Shown here one piece after another: positions 37,387 to 47,482 of a stretch of DNA of 64,000 nt. The notes below the pieces were generated by a model. That model had not been told where the DNA came from and did no database searches. It saw only the letters and a list, made by a program, of their open reading frames with translations. Each line of letters starts with the position of its first letter. The first letter of the stretch is position 1. Both the position numbers and the translations under genes were made by a program. This DNA comes from Myxococcota bacterium (GTDB lineage: Bacteria > Myxococcota_A > UBA796 > UBA2385): NCBI GenBank assembly GCA_044344255.1, contig JBIJDH010000023.1, forward strand, positions 75,396-139,395. Direction: 5' to 3'.

Positions 37387-38703
37387 TCAAGGGTCTCCGA
37401 GCAGCCGATCGACGGCGTCGACGAGGCGGTCGGCCATCTCGACGGTGAAGCAGAGCGGCGGCCGCACCTTGAGCACACACTGGTGGGGCCCGCTCACGCT
37501 GATGAGGATGTGATCCTCGTCGCGGAGGCGGTTGACGAGGCGGGTGGCGCGGGGGCCGGCGGGGGCGCGGGTCTCGCGGTCTTCGACGAGCTCGACGCCG
37601 AAGGCGAAGCCCGCGCCCCGCACGTCGCCGATGCAGGCGTGGCGGGCCTGGAGGGCCAGGAAGCGCTCTCGGAGGTGGTCGCCCACGACGCGGGCGTTCT
37701 CCTGGAGGCCCTCGTCGCGCAGCACGTCGAGGACGGCGGTGGCGGCGGCGATAGAGACAGGGTTGCCGCCGAAGGTGTTGAAGTAGCGGCCCTGCTCGGC
37801 GAAGGCGGCGACGAGGGCCGGCCGGGCGGCCACGGCGGCGATGGGGTGGCCGTTGCCCATCGGCTTGCCCATCGTGACGAGATCAGGGACGAGGCCGTGC
37901 CGGGCGAAGCCCCAGAAGGCCTCTCCGGTGCGGCCGAAGCCGGGCTGGACCTCGTCGGCGATGAAGAGGCCGCCCGCCGCGCGGATGGCCGCCGCCGCCG
38001 GGGCGAGGAAGCCCGCGGGCGACACGAAATTGCCGTCGCTCGTGAACGCCGTGTCGACCAGCAGGGCGGCGGGCGCGACCCCGGCGGCGCGGAGCTCGGC
38101 CACCCCCCGCTCCACCTCGCGGGCGAAGGCGGCGCCGACGTCTCCCTTGCCCCGATAGGCGTCGGGCGGGGACAGGAAGCGGACGGTGTCGGTCTCTTGA
38201 ATGGCGGGGCCGAGGGAGGGGGACAGGCCGCTGATGAGGGCGGTGGTGCCGTGATAGGCCGCGCGGGTGACGAGCAGGCCGCGCCCGCCGGTGGCGGCGA
38301 AGGCGACGCGGCAGGCGAGGTCATTCGCCTCGCTGCCGGTGCAGGTGAAGAGCAGGTTGCCGATGGCCTCGGGCATCGTCGAGAGCAGGCGCTCGGCGTA
38401 GTCGAGGATGCCCTCGTGGAGGTAGCGGGTGTGCGTGTTGAGGCGCGCCGCCTGGGCGGCGATGGCGGCCACCACCGCGGGGTGGCTGTGGCCGACGCTC
38501 GGCACGTTGTTGTAAGCGTCGAGGTAGCGCACGCCGTCTGCGGTCACGAGGGTGCAGCCCTCGCCGGCGACGAAGTGCAGCGGCCGCTCGTAGAAGAGCC
38601 GATAGGCTGGCCCGAGCAGGCGCTGGCGGCGCGCGATGAGGGCGGCCTCCGCAGGGGGGATGCCCTCGCCGAGGACGTAGGCGGCGCCCATGAAGTCACG
38701 CAT
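37387..38703 (-). CDS. Class III aminotransferase-like protein (phospho-lyase / AGXT2L-like)
   Basis: YLDAYNNV..VGHSHP, LNTHTRYL, CTGSEANDLA, FIADEVQPGFGRTG, MGKPMGNGHP (PLP Lys), YFNTFGGNP. Confidence 0.9.
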   Translation of the reverse strand: MRDFMGAAYVLGEGIPPAEAALIARRQRLLGPAYRLFYERPLHFVAGEGCTLVTADGVRYLDAYNNVPSVGHSHPAVVAAIAAQAARLNTHTRYLHEGILDYAERLLSTMPEAIGNLLFTCTGSEANDLACRVAFAATGGRGLLVTRAAYHGTTALISGLSPSLGPAIQETDTVRFLSPPDAYRGKGDVGAAFAREVERGVAELRAAGVAPAALLVDTAFTSDGNFVSPAGFLAPAAAAIRAAGGLFIADEVQPGFGRTGEAFWGFARHGLVPDLVTMGKPMGNGHPIAAVAARPALVAAFAEQGRYFNTFGGNPVSIAAATAVLDVLRDEGLQENARVVGDHLRERFLALQARHACIGDVRGAGFAFGVELVEDRETRAPAGPRATRLVNRLRDEDHILISVSGPHQCVLKVRPPLCFTVEMADRLVDAVDRLLGDP

Positions 38704-39784
38704 GTTCGGGGGCCCTCTCGGCGATGGCGAGGCGCTCGAGCGCCTTCGACTCGACAGCGAGGCGCTCGAGCGCCTTCGACTCGACAGCGAGGCGCTCGAG
38801 CGCCTCGCCCATGATCGCGATGCTGCGGGTGAGGTAGGGGGCGTTGTCGGGGAAGAGGCCGGCCCGCCAGGCGCCGATGCAGCAGGACATCGCGCAGCGG
38901 GCGGCGATGAGGGCGGGGAGCAGCTCAAGCTCGGCCGCCTCGAGGGGGAGGCCCGCCTGATAGGCGGCCGACAGACAGGCGACGTCTCCGGCCGGGTCTT
39001 CGCTCCGCGAATAGACGTAGCTCGCCGCCACCGCCAGCTCTTGGACGCGGGGGGCGAAGGTGAGGTCACCGAAGTCAAAGACGCCGCCGATCTCGTCCGG
39101 CACCTCGGCGCGGGCGAGCACGTTGGCCGGGTTGGCGTCGTTGTGGATGACCTGGTGGGGCAGGGCGGCGAGGCCGGGCTCCACCTCGGCGGCGAAGCGG
39201 TCGAGGGCGTGGGCGGCGAGGGCCCGCACCCGAGGGTCAGCGATGCCGGGGAGGAGGGGCCGGAGGCGCGCGGCGCGCTGCAGGTCCCAGAGGAGGTCGG
39301 GCTCGGTGGGGGGGCCCGCGTAGGTGGCGAGGCCGCGGTCGAGGCGGGCGAGGGCGGCGCCGAAAGAGCGGAGCAGGGGCCGGGAGAAGGGGCGGAGCTC
39401 GGCCAAGGGGACGCCGGGCACCCAGGTGAGCAGGCGGAGGGACTGGGGCCCGGCGCCGAGCTCGACCCGCACGACACCGTCGCCCTGCGGGGGGTAGGGC
39501 AGGAGGGGGCGACAGACCCGCGGCACCGGGAAGGAGGGGTCGACCGCGGCGAGGTGGTCGAGGGCCGCGTTCTGGGCCAGCAGGTCGGCCAGGGGGTCAG
39601 CCGGGTGCTGCACCTTGAGCACGAAGTCGCCCGCGGCGCCGGTGGCGATGCGGAAATTGAGGTCACTCTCGCCGTCCTGGGCCCGGGCTTGCCCGGTGAT
39701 GCCCCAGTGGCGGAGGGCGAGGGCGGCGGCCTCCGCCTCGGAGACGGGGGGCGGCGCTTCGGTGAAGGTGCGGCTCTCGAGCAT
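38696..39784 (-). CDS. Phosphotransferase (APH/homoserine kinase II; hydroxylysine kinase-like)
   Basis: GESDLNF, FVLK, WDL, HNDANPANVL, FDFGD motifs. Confidence 0.85.
   Translation of the reverse strand: MLESRTFTEAPPPVSEAEAAALALRHWGITGQARAQDGESDLNFRIATGAAGDFVLKVQHPADPLADLLAQNAALDHLAAVDPSFPVPRVCRPLLPYPPQGDGVVRVELGAGPQSLRLLTWVPGVPLAELRPFSRPLLRSFGAALARLDRGLATYAGPPTEPDLLWDLQRAARLRPLLPGIADPRVRALAAHALDRFAAEVEPGLAALPHQVIHNDANPANVLARAEVPDEIGGVFDFGDLTFAPRVQELAVAASYVYSRSEDPAGDVACLSAAYQAGLPLEAAELELLPALIAARCAMSCCIGAWRAGLFPDNAPYLTRSIAIMGEALERLAVESKALERLAVESKALERLAIAERAPEHA
38727..38805. repeat. 30-bp tandem repeat x about 2.6 (ALERLAVESK) at the kinase C-terminus
   Basis: Read directly from sequence. 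Confidence 0.85.
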
Positions 39785-39863
39785 CCCGACCGCTACCACG
39801 GGCCCCGGCGCCGCGCCCTTCCCAGAGGGGCCGAAGGCCGGTACAAGGGGCCGGAGGTCTACC

Positions 39864-40571
39864 ATGCGCGCGCTCTCCCTCCTCTTGCCCCTTGTTGCCC
39901 TCGCCTGCTCCGCCGACAAAGGGGGGAGCGGTGACGATGGCGCGGACGGCGCCGCCGACTCGGGAGGGACCGACGGCACCGACGGCACCGATGGGACGGA
40001 TGGCGCTGACGGGACCGACGGCACCGACGGCACCGACGGCACCGACGGCGCCGACGGCGCCGACGGCGGCGCCCCGATGACGCTCAGCGCCCCCGGATTC
40101 CTGTCCTCGGAGGGCCATGAGCTCGCCGATCGCTGCGCCTTCAAGCTCCCCCCCGAGAGCGCCTGTGAGGGGCCGAGCCCGGAGCTCGTCTGGACTGACA
40201 TCCCCGCCGGCGCCGTCGAGCTGGTGCTGCTGCTCGACGATCCGGACGCTGGGGACTGGCCGCACTGGGCGGTCGTGCACCTCCCCGCTGACGGGGCGGG
40301 CCTCGCGGCGGCGGTCAGCCAGTCCGGGGCGACGAGCAGCCTCCCCGCCGGCGCGGTCGAGCTCGAGAACGGCGCGGGCTACGCGGGCTACTACGGCTCC
40401 TGCCCCGGGCGGGCTCATGTCTATCGGTGGCGTCTGTGGGCCGTCTCCGAGCCGGTCGAGGACCCGGGCCTGCCGAACGCGAAGAACAACTTCTCGGCCC
40501 TGGCCACCGCGGCAGAGGGTGTCTCCCTCGGCAGCGCCGAGCTCTGCCACATCTACGATCCCAACGAATAG
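39864..40571 (+). CDS. YbhB/YbcL (PEBP) family lipoprotein with DG(T/A) repeat linker
   Basis: GGAGG RBS; LVALAC lipobox; SPELVW..P, DDPDA..HW, Y.G.CP..H.Y; 9-bp GACGGC(A/G)CC repeats at about 39972-40068. Confidence 0.85.
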   Translation: MRALSLLLPLVALACSADKGGSGDDGADGAADSGGTDGTDGTDGTDGADGTDGTDGTDGTDGADGADGGAPMTLSAPGFLSSEGHELADRCAFKLPPESACEGPSPELVWTDIPAGAVELVLLLDDPDAGDWPHWAVVHLPADGAGLAAAVSQSGATSSLPAGAVELENGAGYAGYYGSCPGRAHVYRWRLWAVSEPVEDPGLPNAKNNFSALATAAEGVSLGSAELCHIYDPNE

Positions 40572-40724
40572 GTCCGATCCAAACCAGCTGGAGCGATCCG
40601 AGCCGGGCGGCCAGGGCCTCCTTCGGGGATATCGGCGGCGGAGGTCGTTGCGGTCGCCGATCTCGAGCGGTACAAACATCGGGTGCAGCGGTCGCCCCCA
40701 CCCACCCCCGCCTCTCCGTCCGCG

Positions 40725-41618
40725 ATGGGGCGCGCGCTTGTCTGGCTGCGCCTGCAGAGCGGCTCGCTCGTGGCCCTGGGGCACGGTGACTTCATCGGCC
40801 GGGTCTGGACGGCGGCGCTGATCCTCGATGACCCCCGCGTCTCCGAAGGGCACGCGATGGTCAGCCTCCGCGGCGGGGAGCTCTGGATCCTCGCCCTGCG
40901 GCGCCGAGTGGCGGTGGACGGGCGGAGCGTGGGGGAGGCGAGGCTCGAGGCCGGGCAGACCATCGAGCTCGCCGACCGCCTCTCCTTCCTGGTCGAGCGC
41001 GTGGAGCTGCCCGATCGGGTGCTCGCCGTCGAGGCCGAGGGCCTCCCCGCGGTGGCCCTGCCGGCGGTGGCCTCCCTCCGCGGCCGGCCGCGCCCGAGCG
41101 TGATCGGGCGCCACGATCCGGAGGCCCCCTGCCTCATCTGGACCACCGGCGAGGGCTGGCGGCGGATGAGCGACGGGCTCACCGTGGCGGTCGAGGTCGG
41201 GGACGCCTGGGAGGTCGAGGGGCTGCGCTTCCGGGCCGTCTGGCTCGCCCTGTCCGGGGGCGGCGCGACCCGCATCACCGGCGGGGTGGACCCCCCGCTG
41301 CGCATCACCGTCTCCTTTGACACCGCCCAGGTGCAGCGCGGGGGAGATCCGCCGGTGCTCCTGTCGGGGCAGCCGGCGCGGGTGCTCTCCGAGCTCGTGG
41401 CCTTCGGCGGGCCGGCGGCCTGGGAGGTGGTGGCGGCGGAGATCTGGCCCGACGAGACCGAGGACCACCTGCTCCGCAAGAAGTGGGACGTCGTGCTCGG
41501 CCGGCTGCGCGCGCGGCTCCGCGAGGGGCGCGTGCGGCCCGACCTCGTCCGCGCCGCCGGCACCGGCCAGGTCGAGCTCTTGCTCCGCCCCGGTGACGTG
41601 GTCGAAGACAAGACCTGA
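40725..41618 (+). CDS. FHA-domain protein with C-terminal winged-helix-like region
   Basis: IGR...LDDPRVSEGHA FHA motif; C-terminal EIWP...RLRARLR OmpR-like effector pattern. Confidence 0.75.
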   Translation: MGRALVWLRLQSGSLVALGHGDFIGRVWTAALILDDPRVSEGHAMVSLRGGELWILALRRRVAVDGRSVGEARLEAGQTIELADRLSFLVERVELPDRVLAVEAEGLPAVALPAVASLRGRPRPSVIGRHDPEAPCLIWTTGEGWRRMSDGLTVAVEVGDAWEVEGLRFRAVWLALSGGGATRITGGVDPPLRITVSFDTAQVQRGGDPPVLLSGQPARVLSELVAFGGPAAWEVVAAEIWPDETEDHLLRKKWDVVLGRLRARLREGRVRPDLVRAAGTGQVELLLRPGDVVEDKT

Positions 41619-41710
41619 GGGCCGAGACCGGAGGCCCCCTCCCTCGCCGATCACACAGGGCGGGCCAAGGGCGGTCCCGGCGAGGGGGCGTCAGGATACC
41701 CTGGGCGCCC

Positions 41711-44700
41711 ATGAGCCGAGACCGAGACACCTGGGACCCCGCCGCCAGCGGCCCGCCGATCAGCGGCCCGATGGGCAGCGACGGGCCGGTCGAGTCGGGC
41801 GCGGCCGTCGAGAGCGGCCCCGGCCTCACCTCCGGCCCCGACCTCGTGCGACCGGCGGCCTCGGAGGTCGCCGACGACGCGCGCTACGCCCGCGACGGCA
41901 CGCTCGGCCGGGGAGGGATGGGGGTCGTCTACCTCGCGCACGATCGCCGCCTCGGCCGCGCCATCGCCCTCAAGGAGGCGGCCCGCGGCGGGGAGGTCGC
42001 GCGGCGCCTCCAGCGCGAGGCCAAGGTGACGGCCTCCCTCGAGCACCCCGGCATCGTGACCGTGCACGACAGCGGGCTCACCGCCGCGGGGCGGCCCTTC
42101 TACACGATGCGCCTGCTGCGTGGCCGCCCCTTCTCGGCGGCCATCGCCGAGCAGGTCAGCCTCGAGGGGCGGTTGGGGCTGCTCCGGCGGTACCTCGACG
42201 CCTGCAACGCGGTCGCCTACGCCCACGCCGAGGGGGTGGTCCACCGCGACCTCAAGCCGGCGAACATCATGGTCGGCGGCTTCGGCGAGACACAGGTGGT
42301 GGACTGGGGGCTGGCCGCCCGGGTGGGCGGCGCGGCCAGGGTCGAGCCCGCGGGCGGGGAGGTCGACGGCGACCCCACCGCCACCCGCAGCGGCGCGGTG
42401 CTCGGCACCCCCGCGTACATGAGCCCCGAGCAGGCCCGCGGAGAGCCGGTGGGCCCTGCCGCCGACGTGTGGAGCCTCGGCGCCATCCTCTATGAGCTCC
42501 TGTCGGGGCGCCTCCCCCGCGAGCGCGGCTCGAGCGACGAGGTGCTGGCGCGGGCGCGCGAGGGGGAGGTGCCCTCACCGCGCGGCCTCGAGGCCCCGCC
42601 GGAGCTGGTGGCCATCGCGGAGAGGGCCCTCGCCCTGGACGTCGCCGACCGCTACCCCGACGCCGCCGCGCTCGCCGCCGACGTCGCCGCCTACCTCGAC
42701 GGGCGGCGGGTGGGGGCGCACGAGTACAGCCCCCTCGAGCTGCTCCGCCGGCTCGTCCGCGCCTGGCGGGCGCCGCTGCTCGTGGGGGCCCTCGCGGCGC
42801 TCGCCCTCCTGGCCTCGATCGCCTGGAGCGGCCTCCGCCTCCAGCGGGAGAGCGAGCGGGTCGCCGCGGCGGAGCGAGAGACCCGGAGCGCCCTCGAGGT
42901 GTCCGACGAGAACCTGTCGGCGGCGCTGGTGGCCGAGTCGCGGACCGCGCTCCGGGGCGGCTCGACGGCGGTGGCGGCGGTGCTCGCCAGCCACGCCATC
43001 ACGCTGACCGACGCGCCGGAGGCCTGGGGGGTGCTGGCCGGCGTCGCGGTCGAGTCGCGGTCGGAGCGCCTCTCTCAGGAGCCCCTGCCCGCGTGCAATT
43101 TCCACGCGCTCCTCGGGGAGGCGGAGCTGCTCTGCATCCGCTCGGACAGCCTCTCGTTGCTGCACGCTGGTGAGGTGCGGTGGTCGGTCCCGGGCGCCTT
43201 CGCCTGGGTCCGCGCGGAGGGCCAGCAGGTGGTGGCCGGCCAGGGCCCCACGCAGGTGAACATTTATGACCTCGGCAGCGGGCGCGCCCTCGACGAGGGC
43301 CTGATCGCCTTCGGGCTCTGGGGCCGGCGGACGCTGGCGGTCGACCCGGCGCAGTGGGGGATCTTCGGCGACACGCCCGCCCCGCTGGTCATGGCCCCGA
43401 AGATGTGCGGGGGCGCGGGCTTCGAGGCCTTCTCGCCGATGCCCCGCCAGGGCGCGTATGCGGTGGTCTGCGACGACGGGCGCATCGGGGCCGCGACGAT
43501 GGGGCAGTACCCGACCCGCTACTTGGAGCCGATCGCGACTTACGCTGAGTTCTCGGGTGTGCTCGGGATCGAGCCGACCCCCGATGGGCGCGGCGTCGTG
43601 TTCGGCGGCGCCAAGGGAGACCTCGCGGTGGTCGACCTCGAGCGCGGCCTGCTCGCTCGCGACCGGACCGCGGGCGGGGAGGGGGTCCTGGTGATCGCGA
43701 TCTCGGCGGACGGCTCCCGGGTGGCGTTGGCGGGTGACCGGGGAGACGTGGAGGTGCACGAGATCCCCGGCCTCGGGCTCCTGGCGCGGCTGCCCGCCTC
43801 GCTCGTGCGCGACCTGCTCTTCCTGCCCGACGGCACGCTGCTCGTCGCGGATGGGACCACCTTGTCGCGCTGGCGCCTGCCGAAGCAGCGGACGCCCGGC
43901 GTCTTCCGCGCCCGGAACGGCGTGACGGCGGCGATATTCTCGCCCGACGGCTCCAGCCTCGCCACCGCACATGGTCGAGAGCAGGCGCGGATCCTCGAGC
44001 TGCCCTCGGGCCGGCTCGGCGCGGCGCTCGACATCGGCACGGCGACGGCGAAGGGCGTGGCCTTCTCCCCAGACGGGAGCACGGCGTGGTTCAGCCTGGT
44101 GGGGGCGGAGGTCGGGGGGACCTGGCGGCCGGAGCCGCTGCGGCTGGACGGCGGGCCGGTGGAGCGCCTGTCGGACGCCCTGGTCGCCAGGCTCGTGCGA
44201 GAGGCGGGGTTCCCGCCCAGCGGCGCGTATACGACCCGTCGGATCGGGGTGCTCAAGGATGGCACGCTGATCGGGCTCTCCTACGTGCCCGGGGTGATCC
44301 TCACGATCGACACGCTCACCCACACAGGCCTGTCTTTGGAGGGATGCCCCGCCGTGGAGTGGTTCGACCTCGGGCAGGCCCCCGGGGGAGAGGCGGCGGC
44401 GCTGGTCGGTGAGGGCGGCGTGGTCACCGTGATCCGGCCCGAGCAGCCCCTCCGCTGCCGGCCGACCTTCACCGTGGACGACGCCTCGGCGGTCGATGTG
44501 GACGCCAGCGGCGACCGCCTCATCGTCGCCACCTCCGAGGTCTTGAGCCTGTACGACGCCGCAGGGGTCGAGCGCTGGCGGGTGGCGCACCCGACCCGCA
44601 TCTACGACGTGTCCATCTCGGCGGATGGGCGCTGGGTGGCCACCGGCGGGGGGGATCACAACGCGCGGCTCTATGACGGGGCCACCGGCGCGCTCCGGGC

Positions 44701-44902
44701 CATCTTCCCGGGCCACACCGAGCGGGTGAGCTCGGTCGACCTCCGCGCCGACGGCCGGCTGCTCGCCACCGGGAGCTGGGATGGCACGGCCCGCCTCTGG
44801 GGCCTCGACGTGCTCGATGTCCCCGCCGAGGTCCTCGACCAGCGGGCCGAGGCCGACTGGGGGCTCAGCCTCGCCGAGGCCCTGGCGGCCGCGGGGCGGT
44901 AG
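41711..44902 (+). CDS. Membrane Ser/Thr protein kinase with WD40 repeats
   Basis: LGRGGMGVV, IALK, HRDLKPAN, DWG, GTPAYMSPEQ; TM segment; WD repeats (GHTERV...TGSWDGTARLW). Confidence 0.92.
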   Translation: MSRDRDTWDPAASGPPISGPMGSDGPVESGAAVESGPGLTSGPDLVRPAASEVADDARYARDGTLGRGGMGVVYLAHDRRLGRAIALKEAARGGEVARRLQREAKVTASLEHPGIVTVHDSGLTAAGRPFYTMRLLRGRPFSAAIAEQVSLEGRLGLLRRYLDACNAVAYAHAEGVVHRDLKPANIMVGGFGETQVVDWGLAARVGGAARVEPAGGEVDGDPTATRSGAVLGTPAYMSPEQARGEPVGPAADVWSLGAILYELLSGRLPRERGSSDEVLARAREGEVPSPRGLEAPPELVAIAERALALDVADRYPDAAALAADVAAYLDGRRVGAHEYSPLELLRRLVRAWRAPLLVGALAALALLASIAWSGLRLQRESERVAAAERETRSALEVSDENLSAALVAESRTALRGGSTAVAAVLASHAITLTDAPEAWGVLAGVAVESRSERLSQEPLPACNFHALLGEAELLCIRSDSLSLLHAGEVRWSVPGAFAWVRAEGQQVVAGQGPTQVNIYDLGSGRALDEGLIAFGLWGRRTLAVDPAQWGIFGDTPAPLVMAPKMCGGAGFEAFSPMPRQGAYAVVCDDGRIGAATMGQYPTRYLEPIATYAEFSGVLGIEPTPDGRGVVFGGAKGDLAVVDLERGLLARDRTAGGEGVLVIAISADGSRVALAGDRGDVEVHEIPGLGLLARLPASLVRDLLFLPDGTLLVADGTTLSRWRLPKQRTPGVFRARNGVTAAIFSPDGSSLATAHGREQARILELPSGRLGAALDIGTATAKGVAFSPDGSTAWFSLVGAEVGGTWRPEPLRLDGGPVERLSDALVARLVREAGFPPSGAYTTRRIGVLKDGTLIGLSYVPGVILTIDTLTHTGLSLEGCPAVEWFDLGQAPGGEAAALVGEGGVVTVIRPEQPLRCRPTFTVDDASAVDVDASGDRLIVATSEVLSLYDAAGVERWRVAHPTRIYDVSISADGRWVATGGGDHNARLYDGATGALRAIFPGHTERVSSVDLRADGRLLATGSWDGTARLWGLDVLDVPAEVLDQRAEADWGLSLAEALAAAGR

Positions 44903-44982
44903 GGGCGCGCCGGCCCGCGGGAGGTCGGCGCCCCCTGGCGTGCCCGCCAGCGCGCGCTTAGACGCCGCGCTCCGGAGGCGCC

Positions 44983-45384
44983 TTGCACGAGCTCCCCCTG
45001 TGGCGGCGCGCGCTCCGCCTGCTCTACTACCAGCACATCTACTCCGCGGTGCTCACGGCCGCGCTGATCTTCGGGGTCAAGACCGCGTCGGGGACTGCGT
45101 TGGTCATCGGCTTCATCGTGGGTGCCATCGCGTATGCGCGTCTGCAACGCCCGGCCTTCTCGCCCACCGTGGACCGGCGTGAGCTCCTCCTGGTGGTCGG
45201 CGCCGCGACGGTCGCGTTCTATGTCGTCCTCACCGTGTTCATGCTGGTGACGCAGCCCGAGGCCCTGACCAACGTGGCGAATTCGCCGGCGGCGCTACGG
45301 ATGATGGCACGGGTGTACGCGGGCTATCCGGCGATGACGCTCGTGGGGCTCGGCCTCGGGCTCAACGGCGTGCGCCGCGGCTGA
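44983..45384 (+). CDS. Small hypothetical membrane protein (about 4 TM)
   Basis: Four hydrophobic segments; TTG start with GGAGG upstream. Confidence 0.6.
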   Translation: MHELPLWRRALRLLYYQHIYSAVLTAALIFGVKTASGTALVIGFIVGAIAYARLQRPAFSPTVDRRELLLVVGAATVAFYVVLTVFMLVTQPEALTNVANSPAALRMMARVYAGYPAMTLVGLGLGLNGVRRG

Positions 45385-45566
45385 CCTGGCCGGGCACACG
45401 TTCGGGCACCGTGGGCGATGGCTGTTCGATTCTGGCTGACAAGCCCGCCGTGTCTTGCGCCCTATCCCCGCAGCGCGCCTGACCCGCGACCGATGGGGGA
45501 TACGCCGCGATCTGCGCGTCGCCCGCGCGCTGGTTGTGGGATAGGAAGGGCCGCCCGGAGGGACAC

Positions 45567-46100
45567 ATGTTCGACGACGCCACGTGGCATGGGGACGCTA
45601 CACACCTCACCCGGTACCTCCGGTGGGCAAGCGACCGAGGGCTCCTGGCCGAGGCGCGCCCGGGGCTGTCGGACGTTGACCTCCTCGAGTCGTGTGACGG
45701 GAAGCTGACCAACGAGGATTTCACCGAGGAGGGGGGAGGTTTCACCGCCGACTATTACGAGCGCGGGCACATCGCGGAATTCCAACGGTCCGAGCCCGAA
45801 GCAGCCACCTTCCGCAGGCTCGACGCCCGCCTCTCGGAGTGGCGTCGCCGTGACCGTTCGTCCTGGCCGATCGTAAAGCGTCCGTCGCAGATGGACGAAT
45901 GGCGCGCCGAGTGGGCTTCGCGGTGGCGCACCGGGTGGGCAATCGCAGGGGTCGGTTTGGCGATCATCCTGCTCAGCTTCATCTTCGAGAGCGTGCTGAT
46001 GATGATCGGTGGACTGTTCGTCATCGGCGGGGTCATGATCGCCGGCGTGATTCTGCCGCACCTCCGGGGTCGCGGGGCCGGGTCAGAGCAGGATGGTTGA
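45567..46100 (+). CDS. Hypothetical protein with two C-terminal TM helices; N-terminus recalls DUF7832-like proteins
   Basis: GGAGGG RBS; DDATWH..TH...WA..RGL, CDGKL..EDF..EG..F..YY pattern (from recollection, not searched). Confidence 0.6.
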   Translation: MFDDATWHGDATHLTRYLRWASDRGLLAEARPGLSDVDLLESCDGKLTNEDFTEEGGGFTADYYERGHIAEFQRSEPEAATFRRLDARLSEWRRRDRSSWPIVKRPSQMDEWRAEWASRWRTGWAIAGVGLAIILLSFIFESVLMMIGGLFVIGGVMIAGVILPHLRGRGAGSEQDG

Positions 46101-46295
46101 CACCTCGCCTCGGTCGTTGTGTGGTGCCTAACGCCGCGGGCACCAGCCCCCGCGAGGCCTCGACCCAGAGCTCGACGCGGGGGTCCTCGGAGGCCCGGCG
46201 CAATCACGCCCTGACCCCATTCCGACCTCATTCCCCCTCGGCTAGTGTGCCAGGGAGCGCCGCAGGATGTGCTCCTCAGGTCGCGCGACTCCGTT

Positions 46296-47159
46296 TCATC
46301 CAGACTCTCCCAGCCGGGCCAGCAGCTCCGCGATGCGGCGCTCGGCCTCCTCTGCGCGGACCTCCGCGGCCCGGCGAGCGAGGGCTTCTTCCTGCAGGCG
46401 CGCGTCCAGGCCCTCCAACGCCTTCACAGTCTCCTCCTCGACCCGGGCAGCCTCCGACTCGGCGCGCTGACTGAGCTCATCCACGATGGCGTTCAGCCGC
46501 TCAATGATCTCGACGGAGGTCGGGATTGGAGTCCCGCCATAGAAGAAGCAAAGGCTGCCCTCCACTACCGAAAGCTCGAGTCCGAGCACGGTCGACCGAA
46601 AGGCGCCTCCAAGAGGGCGAATGGGCTCATAGGTGGAGGTGGTGGCCGATTGAAGCCGCCAGCCATGGAGGCGCTGTTTCAATCGGTCATAGACAAAGTA
46701 CTCGGAGATTCCGTGGCCGGCGTAGGTGGCGAGGTTGTCGAAGAGGTCCTTTTGCCGATTGCCCGCGTAGAGCACCTCCAGCACAAAATCGAGACCCCTT
46801 CCCTCATCGGCCACGACCCAGGCCATTCGGGTGTCGGCGATGCCTGGATCGTCGACGCCCTGCACCAGCAACAGATCGGGGGCGAAGACCGAGGCGCCGG
46901 GGTAATGGACCGCAAGCCCGGGCTTGATATAGATCTGCCTGCCGATACGTTTGAAGTGGTCTCTCAGGACCTGAAAGGCCGCGAACTTGCTCTCGATATG
47001 GGGGCTGCCCTCCGAGAGGCGCATCGTCTCCGCCTCCAAGGCCATATTGGCCTCATCGAGGAAGGCTTCCCGGGCCCGGGGGCTCATGGCCTGCCACTCT
47101 TCGGCTGTGGGGGCGATGGGCAGGGAGTCGGGGCCGAGGCGGTGTGCTGCGCGGGTCAT
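46296..47159 (-). CDS. Uma2 family endonuclease with C-terminal coiled coil
   Basis: EG.PH, FAPDLLLV, WVV..EG..LDFVLEV, YA..GI.EYFVYD, S.VLGLEL, ..AE.AE.RIAEL tail. An alternative start at 47486 would include the repeat array. Confidence 0.85.
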   Translation of the reverse strand: MTRAAHRLGPDSLPIAPTAEEWQAMSPRAREAFLDEANMALEAETMRLSEGSPHIESKFAAFQVLRDHFKRIGRQIYIKPGLAVHYPGASVFAPDLLLVQGVDDPGIADTRMAWVVADEGRGLDFVLEVLYAGNRQKDLFDNLATYAGHGISEYFVYDRLKQRLHGWRLQSATTSTYEPIRPLGGAFRSTVLGLELSVVEGSLCFFYGGTPIPTSVEIIERLNAIVDELSQRAESEAARVEEETVKALEGLDARLQEEALARRAAEVRAEEAERRIAELLARLGESG

Positions 47160-47204
47160 GAGGAGCCCTATCACGCCGCTCGCTGCAGGCGGATGTGCCG
47201 TGCT

Positions 47205-47482
47205 ATCGGCCTCCTCCGGGACGGGCGGGGGAGACCCCGACGGGACGTCTGTCTCCCCCGAGACGGGCGGGGGAGGCCACGACGCGGCATCTGCCTCCCC
47301 TTCGACGGGCGGGGGAGGCCCCGACGGGGCGTCTGCCTCTTCCTGGACGGGCGGAGGAGGCTCCGACGGGGCGTCTGCTTCTCCCTGGACGGGCGGGGGA
47401 GGGCCCGACGCGGCATCGGCCTCCCCCGGGACGGGCGGGGACGAACCCGACGGGGCATCGGCCTCCTCCGGGACGGGCGGGG
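47205..47482. repeat. 42-bp degenerate tandem array, about 6.5 units
   Basis: GACGGGCGG core recurs at 47220, 47262, 47304, 47346, 47388, 47430 and 47472. Confidence 0.9.

Noticed and set aside
46126..46290. Integron attC site (GCCTAAC after a small ORF)
   Set aside because: No matching downstream GTTRRRY box or convincing long palindrome, and no integrase.
47205..47482. CRISPR array
   Set aside because: Whole 42-bp units are similar end to end with no unique spacers, and no cas genes are present. It is a tandem repeat.
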